A stretch of 64,000 nucleotides of DNA from a virus (lineage: Duplodnaviria; Caudoviricetes), in the IMG/VR virus record IMGVR_UViG_3300032227_000993; one strand, written 5' to 3'. Of this stretch, positions 1 through 9,655 are shown piece by piece. The position numbers were made by a program, and so were the translations under genes. Numbering within the stretch: position 1 is the first letter of the stretch; every line of letters starts with the position of its first letter. Under the pieces are notes generated by a model. It was not told where the DNA came from and did no database searches. It worked only from the letters and a program-made list of their open reading frames with translations.

Positions 1-51
1 ACCCATGTCAACTATTTTACCCTGTGCTGTTCGGTACACTTTACTGGTCAT
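1..51 (-). CDS. 5' part of a hypothetical phage protein (MTSKVYRTAQGKIVDMG...), runs off the window
   Basis: Manual translation; AGGAG RBS upstream of the ATG at 51. Confidence 0.6.
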   Translation of the reverse strand, partial: MTSKVYRTAQGKIVDMG

Positions 52-78
52 TTTATCTCTCCTGAGGTCTACTGGTAT

Positions 79-597
79 TTAACGCAAAAATTCCGCTACA
101 TCTAATTTATAGAACATAGAGTCAATTTTATGCACTTTTAACTTGTACAGTATGTAACTGGCCACAGAACTGCCACGTCCTACACCCCAAATAACCCGAT
201 TCTCAGTCATCACATCCACCAAGTATTTTAGATAGCGCAATAAATCAAACAAATTGCGTTCTTGGTACAGTAGTAATTCGGCACCTACTCTTTGTAGTTC
301 TTGTTCAGAATCGCATAGGCCCAACACATAGGCCGCAATATCTAAATCTTTGTACTCCTGGGGCATATTCCACTGGGTCTGTTGTGCTGAATCCCAATCA
401 ACCACACTCACAGGTTCGTCAGTGAATGTATGCGGAATCCAATTGGGGAATTCATCAACCAATTTGGAGATATTTTCTATGTTGACAGTATTGTCAACAA
501 ACATACGATTTAATTCCACAGGTCGTCGCCCAGACATGAGTAAATCTACTATGTCTGATTCGTTGTAAATCTGTTCGCCAAACTTATTCTGTATCAT
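79..597 (-). CDS. DNA polymerase III alpha (DnaE)-like fragment (split polymerase piece)
   Basis: WGVGRGSSVASYILYKLKVHKIDS matches the DnaE GRGSxxGSLVxY motif; ends at EFLR just before the expected PDxDxD; start moved to MIQNK. Confidence 0.75.
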   Translation of the reverse strand: MIQNKFGEQIYNESDIVDLLMSGRRPVELNRMFVDNTVNIENISKLVDEFPNWIPHTFTDEPVSVVDWDSAQQTQWNMPQEYKDLDIAAYVLGLCDSEQELQRVGAELLLYQERNLFDLLRYLKYLVDVMTENRVIWGVGRGSSVASYILYKLKVHKIDSMFYKLDVAEFLR

Positions 598-1204
598 GTG
601 ATTTTCTAAAATTAGCAAATACAATGGTATTACCTGATTCATCAAGTTCTTCTGTGTTATCTTCCATGTCGGGCCAGGCCAAATCTAATTCACGCCACAC
701 ACTACTTTTGTGTATGCTCAACACCTTGTCTGTGTCTATTAAATCACTGTCGCAATGTACCAAATCACAAGTTTCCCACCAGGCTGACGGATTGATATCA
801 CTGATGTTTTCATTTTCACCATGTAGATAAACAATTCCATCGCCAATGGTAGAGCTCAATTCAACTTCGCCAATTAATAGCCGGCCTTCAACGATGGCTG
901 TTAACTTGGAGTATAGCATGATTCCCACAAGTTGATCAACCGGTTCGGTTGGCATGGTAGTGATATTTAAGCCAGCCATCACATACAGTTGGCATTGTTC
1001 AATTTCTTCATCACAGATAAAAATGGTATTTTCTAATTCGCCGTAGATAAAATGCTTGATACGGTTAAGTGCTACATTATGCTCAGCAGGGTCTTCTGTG
1101 GCTGTCATCATGTAAATCCTAACAGAATACTCGTTTAAGTGTAGACTGCCGTCGTAGTGTACTCCGGCCAAAAACTTTGTTGCGTATTGTATTCTTACAT
1201 TCAT
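584..1204 (-). CDS. hypothetical protein
   Basis: 206-aa ORF tightly packed with its neighbours, acidic. Confidence 0.7.
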   Translation of the reverse strand: MNVRIQYATKFLAGVHYDGSLHLNEYSVRIYMMTATEDPAEHNVALNRIKHFIYGELENTIFICDEEIEQCQLYVMAGLNITTMPTEPVDQLVGIMLYSKLTAIVEGRLLIGEVELSSTIGDGIVYLHGENENISDINPSAWWETCDLVHCDSDLIDTDKVLSIHKSSVWRELDLAWPDMEDNTEELDESGNTIVFANFRKSHDTE

Positions 1205-1425
1205 GAGATATCAATCATTCCGTCAAAGTCTGTACCGGTTTGGGTTTTGCGTAGTTTTTCTTGGTATTTGTTTTGATAAGTTTCAATGGCCATACGCAAT
1301 TGATTGCACAGATCGTGATTGCCCAAACGGTATGCTATTGATAGTTTTTTATTGAGTTCGGTTACCTTACCGCCAAGTTCTTCGGTAGTAAGGTCATCGA
1401 TGCTGGAGATTAACGGGTGTTCCAT
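1201..1425 (-). CDS. hypothetical coiled-coil protein, apparently leaderless
   Basis: 74-aa ORF; ATG 6 nt downstream of a consensus -10. Confidence 0.7.
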   Translation of the reverse strand: MEHPLISSIDDLTTEELGGKVTELNKKLSIAYRLGNHDLCNQLRMAIETYQNKYQEKLRKTQTGTDFDGMIDIS

Positions 1426-1431
1426 AGTCTA

Positions 1432-1460
1432 AGTATACTACAAGTAGACTGGAATGTCAA
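1432..1460 (-). promoter_or_regulatory. sigma70-type promoter TTGACA-17-TATACT
   Basis: Near-consensus hexamers with 17-nt spacer read from the sequence. Confidence 0.75.
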
Positions 1461-1469
1461 CTACTTTGG

Positions 1470-2360
1470 TTAGGCAAATACTGCGCCGTTGTTGCCCACG
1501 CAATACCATTCGTTATTGACATATCTTAGTGTGACGCCTTCGCCGGGGTTATTAAATGTAATAGTACCAGAAGCGCCGTCGTTCCAACCTGCGTTGGCCA
1601 CAGTAACAACCATAGTACTAGTAGCACCACCGCCCATAAGTAGTTCTTTGACCTGTCCATACACACCATCGGCCAAGGTAGCTGTCCATGGTGTTGTTGG
1701 AACAAATCTTGTGCCAGTCACAGCCAAACTGACAGCGGAACCAGTGGTGGCAAGCAATTCACCTGATGCGTTGTATGGCTGGAGCAACTGATTGGTTTCG
1801 TTGACCGTAATAGTGGTACCATTGTCAGTGCTGGTAAATGTAAATGTGTAAACTCCGGTGGCAGCAAAGGTGATAGTATTGGTGATTGCGTTCAAACCTT
1901 GGATACCAATGTTGTTTACGCTGACCGCTGCCGGCATGGTTACTGTATGAGCTACAGAATTTACTGTAATTTCTACAGATACAAAACCAAACTGTCCGGC
2001 CACTGGCCAATTGCTAAATGCCAGGCTAATTGGAGCCGATGTGCCAACTGTGTAGATGTGACCAGCTGCATAATCAATAGGAACAGAGCCAGACAAATTA
2101 CCCAATGCCACACGAGTGGCCGCAAAATTAGCAATTAACGCATTGGTCAATGCTGAATTTAACATATCGTTGTTTAAAGTTGTACCTGTCAAGGCAGCCT
2201 TCAATACCACTTTGTTTTGTAGATCTGTAATTTCGTTAGCAGCAAATTGGAAATTTGTACTGGTATTGGTAAAATTATCACGGAAGCCCTGACTGTTGTT
2301 GTCTTGGCCTGCTACGGGATAAGCACCGTTTATATTATTTGGGTTGATGTTACTGGTCAT
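1470..2360 (-). CDS. virion structural protein (tail/baseplate-associated)
   Basis: Beta-rich N/T/A/G composition, lies in the baseplate cluster, TAAATA late-type promoter at 2384-2389. Confidence 0.6.
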   Translation of the reverse strand: MTSNINPNNINGAYPVAGQDNNSQGFRDNFTNTSTNFQFAANEITDLQNKVVLKAALTGTTLNNDMLNSALTNALIANFAATRVALGNLSGSVPIDYAAGHIYTVGTSAPISLAFSNWPVAGQFGFVSVEITVNSVAHTVTMPAAVSVNNIGIQGLNAITNTITFAATGVYTFTFTSTDNGTTITVNETNQLLQPYNASGELLATTGSAVSLAVTGTRFVPTTPWTATLADGVYGQVKELLMGGGATSTMVVTVANAGWNDGASGTITFNNPGEGVTLRYVNNEWYCVGNNGAVFA

Positions 2361-2390
2361 TTTCTATCCTTGAATATTGCTATTATTTAG

Positions 2391-5195
2391 CTAATTTGTA
2401 GGCAACAATGTTAAAATATCTTTTCTTGGATACAGCAAATAACGATCAAATGCGTCGGTATTTGTGGTAATATCAGATGGGTCAACAAACTGCATGCTGT
2501 TTCCGTCAAATACAGTTGGTATTCCAGGAACCACAGTGATGTCCCAAAGGGCACCAACTCCAGTACCAAGCACATTGATGCCAGTGATGTCAGCATAGTC
2601 ATTGCCTGATGCAAACATATTTGCCGTACCATAACAGAATGCTGAAATAATAGCACCCGATCCAGACACAGTATTGACCACAAACATGACATCGTTCTCA
2701 GGACTTGTTCCGCCAACTGCGGTACCCAGCACTTTGATAATATTGCCCACAGCATAGCCTGTGCCGCCAGCACTATAGTTTTGTGTGGTTGTTCGATAAT
2801 GATATTGTCGATCAAATGTGGTCAGCAAGGGTGGGTGTGGAATCCATCGTGGTGTACTGGATACTGTTCCGCCAGAAACATACACGCCAGTACGATTACT
2901 ATTAAATGTAACCTGAGTTGATGTGCAAGAAGTAACATAGAATGTGCCGTTGAATATGGTTGGAATCACACCAGCAATCTTGATCATGTCGCCTGGGTTA
3001 AACGGTGCGGCCAACGCAGAAAACGACACTACTGTTTCTGTACCGTTGGCAACAATATTGGTAATATTCAATGAGATTGTGTCCGGGTCCCAGTTGACAG
3101 TCATGGAACGATCTAACTCATATCTATCAGCCTTGAAGTCAACCAAGTTTAATCGGTCTGTGCCAAAATTTTGTTGAATGTTGTAGGCAATTTGTCCGGC
3201 AGCTCCAGGGTTAACATAAGCAATCACCCAGGCAGGAGTAAATCCTAATACTCGACCATCTGCTTGTTTACTTGTCATCCATTGTGGAAGTATGTTACTT
3301 ACCTGTCCCACAGAGTCAATAACTTGTACTCGCATATTGTCAAGTGCGTTGGGGAACACCGTATCAACTTCTTGCAGAGTGTTGGCATCCACTGGATAAG
3401 GTAATACTACTTCCTTGCCCACTGGTTGGCCGTCATTGTTGACCAAGTTATCAATGACTTCACTGTACACAACTTCATAAATTACATTGCCCAGGGCATC
3501 CAATGCCTGAGCTGTTTTAATGTTACCTAATACTAAATTTTTCCAGTAATGATTGATTACCAAGGCCTCTACATAAGCATCTATAGTGGCCGCAGTTAAA
3601 CCATAGGCATGGTTGTAAACAACATTTTTAGCAACGCCAAAATTTGGATCGTCATTGCGATAGATCAGTGCTGGTGGAAATATTGTTGTATTCAGCAACA
3701 AACTGTTGACCAGTGCGCGATCATCATACGGAGGCATACATTCAATGTACAGATTGTTGTAGGGTTCTCCGTACACTTGATTCACACGAATTGTAAATGT
3801 TTTGTTGACACTGATTAGGCCATTGGCACTAAAAGCGTTGACAGTAAATGTGTAGCTTAGATCAAATGTTGTTGTGTTATTATCAAAAATAGTTGTGTTG
3901 TTATCCAAGCTAAAATTATCAAAAGACACTCGACCCACAATGTTGCCTGATGGCAGTAGGGTCAATCCCTGAGGAAGCCTTGAATTACTGCCCGATTTAA
4001 TTTGATATTGCAAAGCCAAGTTGGCAGTATTGGTAGCTGCCACATAAAATTCACTGGCAGAGCCGTTGTCAATAGATCCAAGATAAGACGGCGTCAACCA
4101 AGTGATGTTTGTGCTAATTGGCCCAACTGTTGTTAAACTGTACAGGTATGGACTGCTGATGATAGAAGGATTGTAATAATCGTACACTCGCACCGAGAAA
4201 TCGTATGTGAGTTCGGTCAGGCCCAGGTTTGGAATGGTTCCAAACAGCCAACCAGTTTCAGCGTTTAATTCAAGTCCAGGTGGCAAGTCAACACCCACAT
4301 AGCCCAAGGTTGTAGTATTGATGGTAGAGCCAACAAATTGATAAGCAAAGTAATTGTCATTACGAACTGTGCCAATACTGCCTTGTGGATTTAATAATAC
4401 TGGAGCTTCAGCAGAACTGATACTGGCAGTAAGGAATGTATTATCCGCAGTAATTTCAGTGGTAGATGCGTTGAAGACCGAGGTAGTCCATAAAAACATA
4501 CTAAAAGTTCTCAGCTGACTTGTACGGCCATCATTGAGTCTCAGGATAAATTCATAGTTGTAACTGGGACTATTGGTGTTGAAGTCAAATCCATATTGGT
4601 CAAATCCTTGGCCATTTCTACTAAAGCCAGCCAGTACAGAAATTACAGGGTTAAGTTCAATAAATCCAGAAATTAATCCGGCGTCACTAATGGTCAGCCC
4701 TGGGGGTAACTGTCCAGCAATCAAGGTAACAGGAGTGACTCCGGGAAGGGCATCAACCTGATACGCCAGTTGAAATCCGGGACTCAGTAATTCTCCAACA
4801 AAAAATTCTCCAAGTTCCCCAGGTGGAGTAATCCACTCAGGAGCAGCTTGTCCTGCCACAGTGATTGTAAATGTGCGATCAACCAGGCGATTAATCACAG
4901 TAACACCGCCTACTATTTTTGTAGTGTAGGCACGAATAGCAAATCTGCTGGTGATATCTACACCTTGGATGCTGACATCCTGCCCAGCAATAACAGTAGT
5001 GGATGGTATGCCAGTCAGTACGCCTGTGTTAGAATCGCAAACAATACCAGTAGGCAAACTGCCAGCGATGACTTGGTAATACACAGGATCGCCGCCGGGC
5101 TCATCAACAATAAGCGGAACTTGATAAAAAATTCCCTCAGGTACTGTGCCTAAGCTACCAGCAGGAGTAACCCAAATAGGCTGGACTGATGACAT
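2391..5195 (-). CDS. baseplate wedge-like protein with putative Ig (He_PIG) repeats
   Basis: Repeated W.TP.G.LG and LPPGL.L...G.I.G modules; 934 aa; adjacent to a gp9/gp10-like gene. Confidence 0.65.
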   Translation of the reverse strand: MSSVQPIWVTPAGSLGTVPEGIFYQVPLIVDEPGGDPVYYQVIAGSLPTGIVCDSNTGVLTGIPSTTVIAGQDVSIQGVDITSRFAIRAYTTKIVGGVTVINRLVDRTFTITVAGQAAPEWITPPGELGEFFVGELLSPGFQLAYQVDALPGVTPVTLIAGQLPPGLTISDAGLISGFIELNPVISVLAGFSRNGQGFDQYGFDFNTNSPSYNYEFILRLNDGRTSQLRTFSMFLWTTSVFNASTTEITADNTFLTASISSAEAPVLLNPQGSIGTVRNDNYFAYQFVGSTINTTTLGYVGVDLPPGLELNAETGWLFGTIPNLGLTELTYDFSVRVYDYYNPSIISSPYLYSLTTVGPISTNITWLTPSYLGSIDNGSASEFYVAATNTANLALQYQIKSGSNSRLPQGLTLLPSGNIVGRVSFDNFSLDNNTTIFDNNTTTFDLSYTFTVNAFSANGLISVNKTFTIRVNQVYGEPYNNLYIECMPPYDDRALVNSLLLNTTIFPPALIYRNDDPNFGVAKNVVYNHAYGLTAATIDAYVEALVINHYWKNLVLGNIKTAQALDALGNVIYEVVYSEVIDNLVNNDGQPVGKEVVLPYPVDANTLQEVDTVFPNALDNMRVQVIDSVGQVSNILPQWMTSKQADGRVLGFTPAWVIAYVNPGAAGQIAYNIQQNFGTDRLNLVDFKADRYELDRSMTVNWDPDTISLNITNIVANGTETVVSFSALAAPFNPGDMIKIAGVIPTIFNGTFYVTSCTSTQVTFNSNRTGVYVSGGTVSSTPRWIPHPPLLTTFDRQYHYRTTTQNYSAGGTGYAVGNIIKVLGTAVGGTSPENDVMFVVNTVSGSGAIISAFCYGTANMFASGNDYADITGINVLGTGVGALWDITVVPGIPTVFDGNSMQFVDPSDITTNTDAFDRYLLYPRKDILTLLPTN

Positions 5196-5198
5196 AGA

Positions 5199-7271
5199 TT
5201 AAAGTCTTCCGACAACTATTTCAATAACACCTGTAGTGCCTGTAAACGACTCTAAGGCTTTACCAATAACTGAACCAAACACAGGGTTACGTTCAGCACG
5301 GGCGGTTCCATCGCCGTTGCTTACCATCATGGCTCCTTTGGTAACCGATCCAGTTACGCTGGTTGGAACACGTCCTGTTAAGGCCACTATTACCATGTTA
5401 GGATCTACCGCAGCAGTATTCATGATGTAGGCAGGGTTGGTACTTACCACACCAGCAACGGTTGGATCAAGATCTACTGTGCTTTGTGTAACCTCTGCTG
5501 TGCCGCCAAAACTCAACACAGTTCCTGGAGCATAGGGTGTATCAGCAATGTACACTTCGGCCAAGTCGGCATACACAGCAGACGTTGCTTGAGCAAACAC
5601 AGTATTGAAGTAGTTGGTTGAGCTACCAATGTTACCTGTTAGGTTGGCTCCAGCATTTACAATGTTATTAACTGTGATAGTACCATTTCCAACTGATAAA
5701 TTACCAGCGGTAATATTGCCAGTGGCTGTGACAAATCCACCGGTTATCACGTTAGCGGCTGTTACGTTGCCACTTGAACTGATAGTGCCTGAGTTCAACG
5801 ATGTTAACGTGCCAACAGCGGTAATGGCTGTTTGACTTGCTGTGGCAATAGTGCCAACTAAACTGGCACCAGTTACATTGCCTGTTACAGATGAGCTGGA
5901 TCCAGTGATAATTCCACCCACTACACTGGCAGCCGCAACAGATCCGGTGGCACTAACCAGGCCAGCGGTAAGGATATTACCACCCGTGACGTTGCCCGTG
6001 GCACTGATCAATCCGCCAGTTAATACATTACCAGCAGTTACATTGGCAGTTGTGGTGACTGGTCCTGCCATGGATACCAAGTTACCTGTGTAGTTTGGAA
6101 GGTAAGCGGCCACTTGAGCATTGCCATAGCCGCCGGCAACAGTCACAGCATTGGTTACAAACGCTGTAGTGGCCAATTGAGTTGAGTTGGTTCCGTTGGC
6201 AGCCGTTACCGCTGATATATTGCCAGTTACAGTTAGGTTGCCAATGTTACCCGAAAAGGTTGGCAAGTAATTGGCCACATTTGAGTTGCCATAGTTAGAT
6301 CCACTAAAAGGATTGCCGTTGGCATAAAAATAATTGTCAGTGTAGATACCACCTGTGGTGAATACAAAATTGCCAGTGACTAAATTACCACCTGTGACGT
6401 TGCCCGTGGCACTCAAAGATGCCAGCGTACCCACCGAAGTAATGTTGGGTTGAGCATTTGTTGTAACTGTGGCGGCTGTGCCAGCGCCGACAGCATAAGT
6501 GGCATTGGCCACGGTTCCAGAAATATTAGCAGCAGTAATTGATGTAAGTCTTGCGCCTGATCCGGCAAAATTATTGGCATTGACAATGTTGGCATTGACA
6601 TTGCCATTAGATGTTATTAAATTGGCAGTGACATTTGATGCTGTGATTGGACCGGTCAACAACGGGTCATAAACAGCGTTGGCCCAGTCAATGGTAGTGG
6701 TAGGTTCTGCGACCACATTGCTAAACAGATTCCACGTGCCTGTGAGGTAGTTGCGTACCAATCCTGTGTGTTGATAAACTCCTGGATTGAAACTGGCGAC
6801 CAATCCCAAATCAACTGTGTTGGTGAAGTTGTTGGCGCCAATGTAAATTAATGGATCTGATACTACCAAACTTGTGATGTCATTGTAGGTGATGTTGCCA
6901 GAGATAATGGCATTACCAGTGACATTAAGATTACCGCCAATATTGGCATTACCAGTAGTGGTCAAAGTATTAGAACTTAACAATCCAGTGGCTAATAAAT
7001 TACTGCCGGATACGTTTCCGTTGCTGGTAAGTCTAGTGACTACAACACCAGTGGTTGTAAATACCGCAATATTGGCCACGTTTCCAACTGTGATGTTGGC
7101 GTTGCCGCTGGTTATTGGAATAGAAAAGTTAGTGGTTCCGCTGATAATAGCGTTGCCTGGGGTGCTAAAAAGCTGAGAAAAGTTATTGTTAACCTTTTCA
7201 AATGCGGTCCGTATTGGATCGCCATCTCCGTCGTTTGGTGCCGCACCTACATCAATAATATATTGGGTCAT
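5199..7271 (-). CDS. baseplate/tail fibre protein with T4 gp9/gp10-like N-terminus and C-terminal autocleaving chaperone (peptidase G2/S74-like) domain
   Basis: N-terminal IIDVGAAPNDGDGDPIRTAFEKVNNNF; C-terminal ADLAE...GTV...GVVSTNPAY...VALTGRVP. Confidence 0.7.
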   Translation of the reverse strand: MTQYIIDVGAAPNDGDGDPIRTAFEKVNNNFSQLFSTPGNAIISGTTNFSIPITSGNANITVGNVANIAVFTTTGVVVTRLTSNGNVSGSNLLATGLLSSNTLTTTGNANIGGNLNVTGNAIISGNITYNDITSLVVSDPLIYIGANNFTNTVDLGLVASFNPGVYQHTGLVRNYLTGTWNLFSNVVAEPTTTIDWANAVYDPLLTGPITASNVTANLITSNGNVNANIVNANNFAGSGARLTSITAANISGTVANATYAVGAGTAATVTTNAQPNITSVGTLASLSATGNVTGGNLVTGNFVFTTGGIYTDNYFYANGNPFSGSNYGNSNVANYLPTFSGNIGNLTVTGNISAVTAANGTNSTQLATTAFVTNAVTVAGGYGNAQVAAYLPNYTGNLVSMAGPVTTTANVTAGNVLTGGLISATGNVTGGNILTAGLVSATGSVAAASVVGGIITGSSSSVTGNVTGASLVGTIATASQTAITAVGTLTSLNSGTISSSGNVTAANVITGGFVTATGNITAGNLSVGNGTITVNNIVNAGANLTGNIGSSTNYFNTVFAQATSAVYADLAEVYIADTPYAPGTVLSFGGTAEVTQSTVDLDPTVAGVVSTNPAYIMNTAAVDPNMVIVALTGRVPTSVTGSVTKGAMMVSNGDGTARAERNPVFGSVIGKALESFTGTTGVIEIVVGRL

Positions 7272-7299
7272 AGCTATAGAATCCTCGTATAGCTATTTA
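7270..7299 (-). promoter_or_regulatory. late-type promoter TAAATA overlapping a 9-bp hairpin around the RBS of the tail gene
   Basis: ATAGCTATA-cgaggattc-TATAGCTAT on the minus strand; TAAATA at 7294-7299. Confidence 0.6.
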
Positions 7300-7337
7300 G
7301 CCAAGGATTAACTACAGCGGGTTTGGGTTATTTTGGC

Positions 7338-7664
7338 TTAGAAAGGGCTAAAACTACTGCCGCAACCGCAGGTAGTTGTGGCCTGCATGCCTGTTATTGT
7401 AAAGGAAGATCCATATGTGTCCTCTTTGTAGTCTACGGTAGCACCTTGTAAATAGCCGCCACTCATAGAATCCACAAGAACATGGATTCCGTCTTGTTCA
7501 AAGTCCCAATCATCTTCGGCTTGTTCTTCGTCTAGAGTAAATCCAGTCTGCATGCCTGAACAACCACCACCTTGAATAAACACCCGTAATTTAAGTTTAG
7601 GGTTCTTTTCTTCTGCTAAAATGTCTTTAATCTTGGTTGCTGCTGATTGTGTTATAGTAATCAT
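7338..7664 (-). CDS. erpA: A-type iron-sulfur cluster carrier (IscA/ErpA/HesB family)
   Basis: [12 protein letters not shown] and C-terminal TTCGCGSSF. Confidence 0.9.
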   Translation of the reverse strand: MITITQSAATKIKDILAEEKNPKLKLRVFIQGGGCSGMQTGFTLDEEQAEDDWDFEQDGIHVLVDSMSGGYLQGATVDYKEDTYGSSFTITGMQATTTCGCGSSFSPF

Positions 7665-7665
7665 A

Positions 7666-8214
7666 TTAGATCCGTTCGGAACATACGTCCCAGTTGATAA
7701 TCTTCCAGATGTTATCTAGGTATTTTTCTTTGTCCCACTGGTATTCAAGGCTCCATGCATGCTCCCACCAGTCAACCAGTACACAGATATCTGTCCTAAC
7801 CTGATGATTCGGGATGGTTTTAATCGTGCCCGATGTGCTAAGATATACCCAACCTGATCCCTGGATGGCCATGGCCACTTTTTTAAATTCAGCTTTGAAG
7901 TCTTCATATGTTTTAAAGTTTGATTCGATAAGTTCCAACACAGCGCCTCGTGGCTTGTTAGCACCTTTGGGTGCTTGTAGCTGTGGGAAAAACTTGTTGT
8001 GTAGGAAACTACCAGCACGATTAAAAGTGGCATCACCTTCGCCGGCATTGTAGCGTTTGGCGTAGCCTTTGGCTAGATGCTCGTAGTGATACTCGATTGT
8101 GGCAGCACTCATCACAGGCTCCAAGTCCTTGTGAGTGTAGGGCAATGGTGTAGTTTCCAGTTTGGCTGGAACTGTGCTGGCTTCTACTATGTTTATTGTT
8201 TCGCGGATATCCAT
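7666..8214 (-). CDS. Fe/Mn superoxide dismutase with short N-terminal extension
   Basis: YHYEH..KGY, LHNKFF, GSGW, DWWEHAW metal-ligand motifs. Confidence 0.88.
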   Translation of the reverse strand: MDIRETINIVEASTVPAKLETTPLPYTHKDLEPVMSAATIEYHYEHLAKGYAKRYNAGEGDATFNRAGSFLHNKFFPQLQAPKGANKPRGAVLELIESNFKTYEDFKAEFKKVAMAIQGSGWVYLSTSGTIKTIPNHQVRTDICVLVDWWEHAWSLEYQWDKEKYLDNIWKIINWDVCSERI

Positions 8215-8222
8215 ACTATTAC

Positions 8223-8441
8223 TTATCTACGGCGACTGATTCGGCCACGAGTTAAATCGTAAGGGCTAATTTCTACTTCTACAACGTCACCTTCTAATAC
8301 CTTGATGTTATTTTGACGCATTCTACCAGACAAAGTAGCAAGAATTGGGGCTTCAAAATTCTCCAGCTTGACCCGATAATTGGTGTTGCGTAATACCTCA
8401 GTGATTACTCCGTCCAGTTTAATAATATTGTCTTTACTCAT
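8223..8441 (-). CDS. infA: translation initiation factor IF-1
   Basis: G.I.EVL.N..YRVKLEN...LA.LSGRMR.N.I.VL.GD.V.VE.SPYDLTRGRI. Confidence 0.95.
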   Translation of the reverse strand: MSKDNIIKLDGVITEVLRNTNYRVKLENFEAPILATLSGRMRQNNIKVLEGDVVEVEISPYDLTRGRISRRR

Positions 8442-8456
8442 TAATATTACTTATCA

Positions 8457-8852
8457 TTAACGGCGCATACTACTAATATCTTTGGCTTCATCATCGCTAA
8501 ACACCGGTACAGCATTGCTTTTGTGCATGGTACCTATACCTTTAATACGGGTGCCTGTGTAGGTATTATCTTTGACTGCTACACACGGAACCCAACCAGT
8601 ATCGCGACTGGCAATATGCGGAGTTTCACGTCCAGGAGGAGTTTTGGGCATGAAGTCCGTCATAGTTTTGCGTGGAGCATTGTGCGGGCCTGTGCTGAAC
8701 TTAGGAGCCATCTTGTCAAACTCAACCAGCTTGCGATCCCATTCAGCTTGTCGTTTTTGTGCTAACTTCTTGGCCTCACTGCTGGCCCACTTACGCTTGC
8801 CTTTTTGTTTGCCTGTGGTACTAAGCCACGGACCTTCAAGATGCATAGTCAT
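8457..8852 (-). CDS. hypothetical basic protein
   Basis: ORF with GAGGAG RBS before MTMH. Confidence 0.7.
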   Translation of the reverse strand: MTMHLEGPWLSTTGKQKGKRKWASSEAKKLAQKRQAEWDRKLVEFDKMAPKFSTGPHNAPRKTMTDFMPKTPPGRETPHIASRDTGWVPCVAVKDNTYTGTRIKGIGTMHKSNAVPVFSDDEAKDISSMRR

Positions 8853-8856
8853 AGTA

Positions 8857-9609
8857 TTACTCCTCAACCGTTGGACAGTTAGTCATGTTAATGGTGGTTA
8901 AATGCTCGTTTGGTACACACAACATATTTTGGTAATCAACAATGTAATAAGAATAATTTTCAATGGGACTCAGTGCCTGCTTGATTTCTTTGGCGCCTGT
9001 GATAAAGTATTCTACCCAGATGTAAGGGCGATACTTGGCAATAGATCCGAGTCCACCTGTCAGGGCTGGTATTTCAAAGCCCTCAACATCTAGCTTGATA
9101 AAATCCAACCTTGGTAACGCCATAGCATCGATACTGATAATGTCCACTACACGATCATTCATCCACCCATCTTCATCCACTGTAGTTTCATCCGATAACG
9201 AAACTGTACCAAAGTCTTGGGCTACACTATAATCTACCGCAGGTAATTGAGCTACACCTGGTTCTTTGCCAAGTCCATAATTATGTAAGAATACATTGTC
9301 TAGTCCATTAAGGGCTAGGCTGCCACTCAAGGCGTTGAACAATTGACGCTGAGGTTCAAAGCCTATGACTCTTCCACCTCGCGGTTTAATGCGCTGAGCC
9401 ACAGGCACAGTAAAGAATCCAATATTGGTACCACCATCCACCACAACACAATCATTGGGTAAGGTAGCTATGATGGCAAAGATATTGGCCAGTTCATCTT
9501 CGATGTGAGTGCGCCCGGTCTTGACCAGGGCCTCAGCTTGAAATGCGCAGGTACGGGCCACAATAAACTTGCCGTACACGCTGTCCAGTACTACAAAGTT
9601 ATCAATCAT
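8857..9609 (-). CDS. FkbM family methyltransferase
   Basis: VVVDGGTNIGFFT, GFEPQ, LDFIKLDVEGFE. Confidence 0.9.
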   Translation of the reverse strand: MIDNFVVLDSVYGKFIVARTCAFQAEALVKTGRTHIEDELANIFAIIATLPNDCVVVDGGTNIGFFTVPVAQRIKPRGGRVIGFEPQRQLFNALSGSLALNGLDNVFLHNYGLGKEPGVAQLPAVDYSVAQDFGTVSLSDETTVDEDGWMNDRVVDIISIDAMALPRLDFIKLDVEGFEIPALTGGLGSIAKYRPYIWVEYFITGAKEIKQALSPIENYSYYIVDYQNMLCVPNEHLTTINMTNCPTVEE

Positions 9610-9655
9610 CTAAGTCGCTATTGTTAATCATACTACTATTTTAACAAATTACGAA

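Noticed and set aside
584-1204. QueD/T-fold assignment suggesting a deazaguanine DNA-modification pathway
   Set aside because: No HGH or CxxxHGH motif is visible, and no queC/queE/folE/dpdA genes are in the window.
5236-7176. Many 60-130 aa ORFs antisense to or out of frame within long genes (also 30018-30827, 32409-37858 and elsewhere)
   Set aside because: They are shadows of the biased codon usage of N/T/G/V-rich structural genes, with no RBS, promoter or motif.
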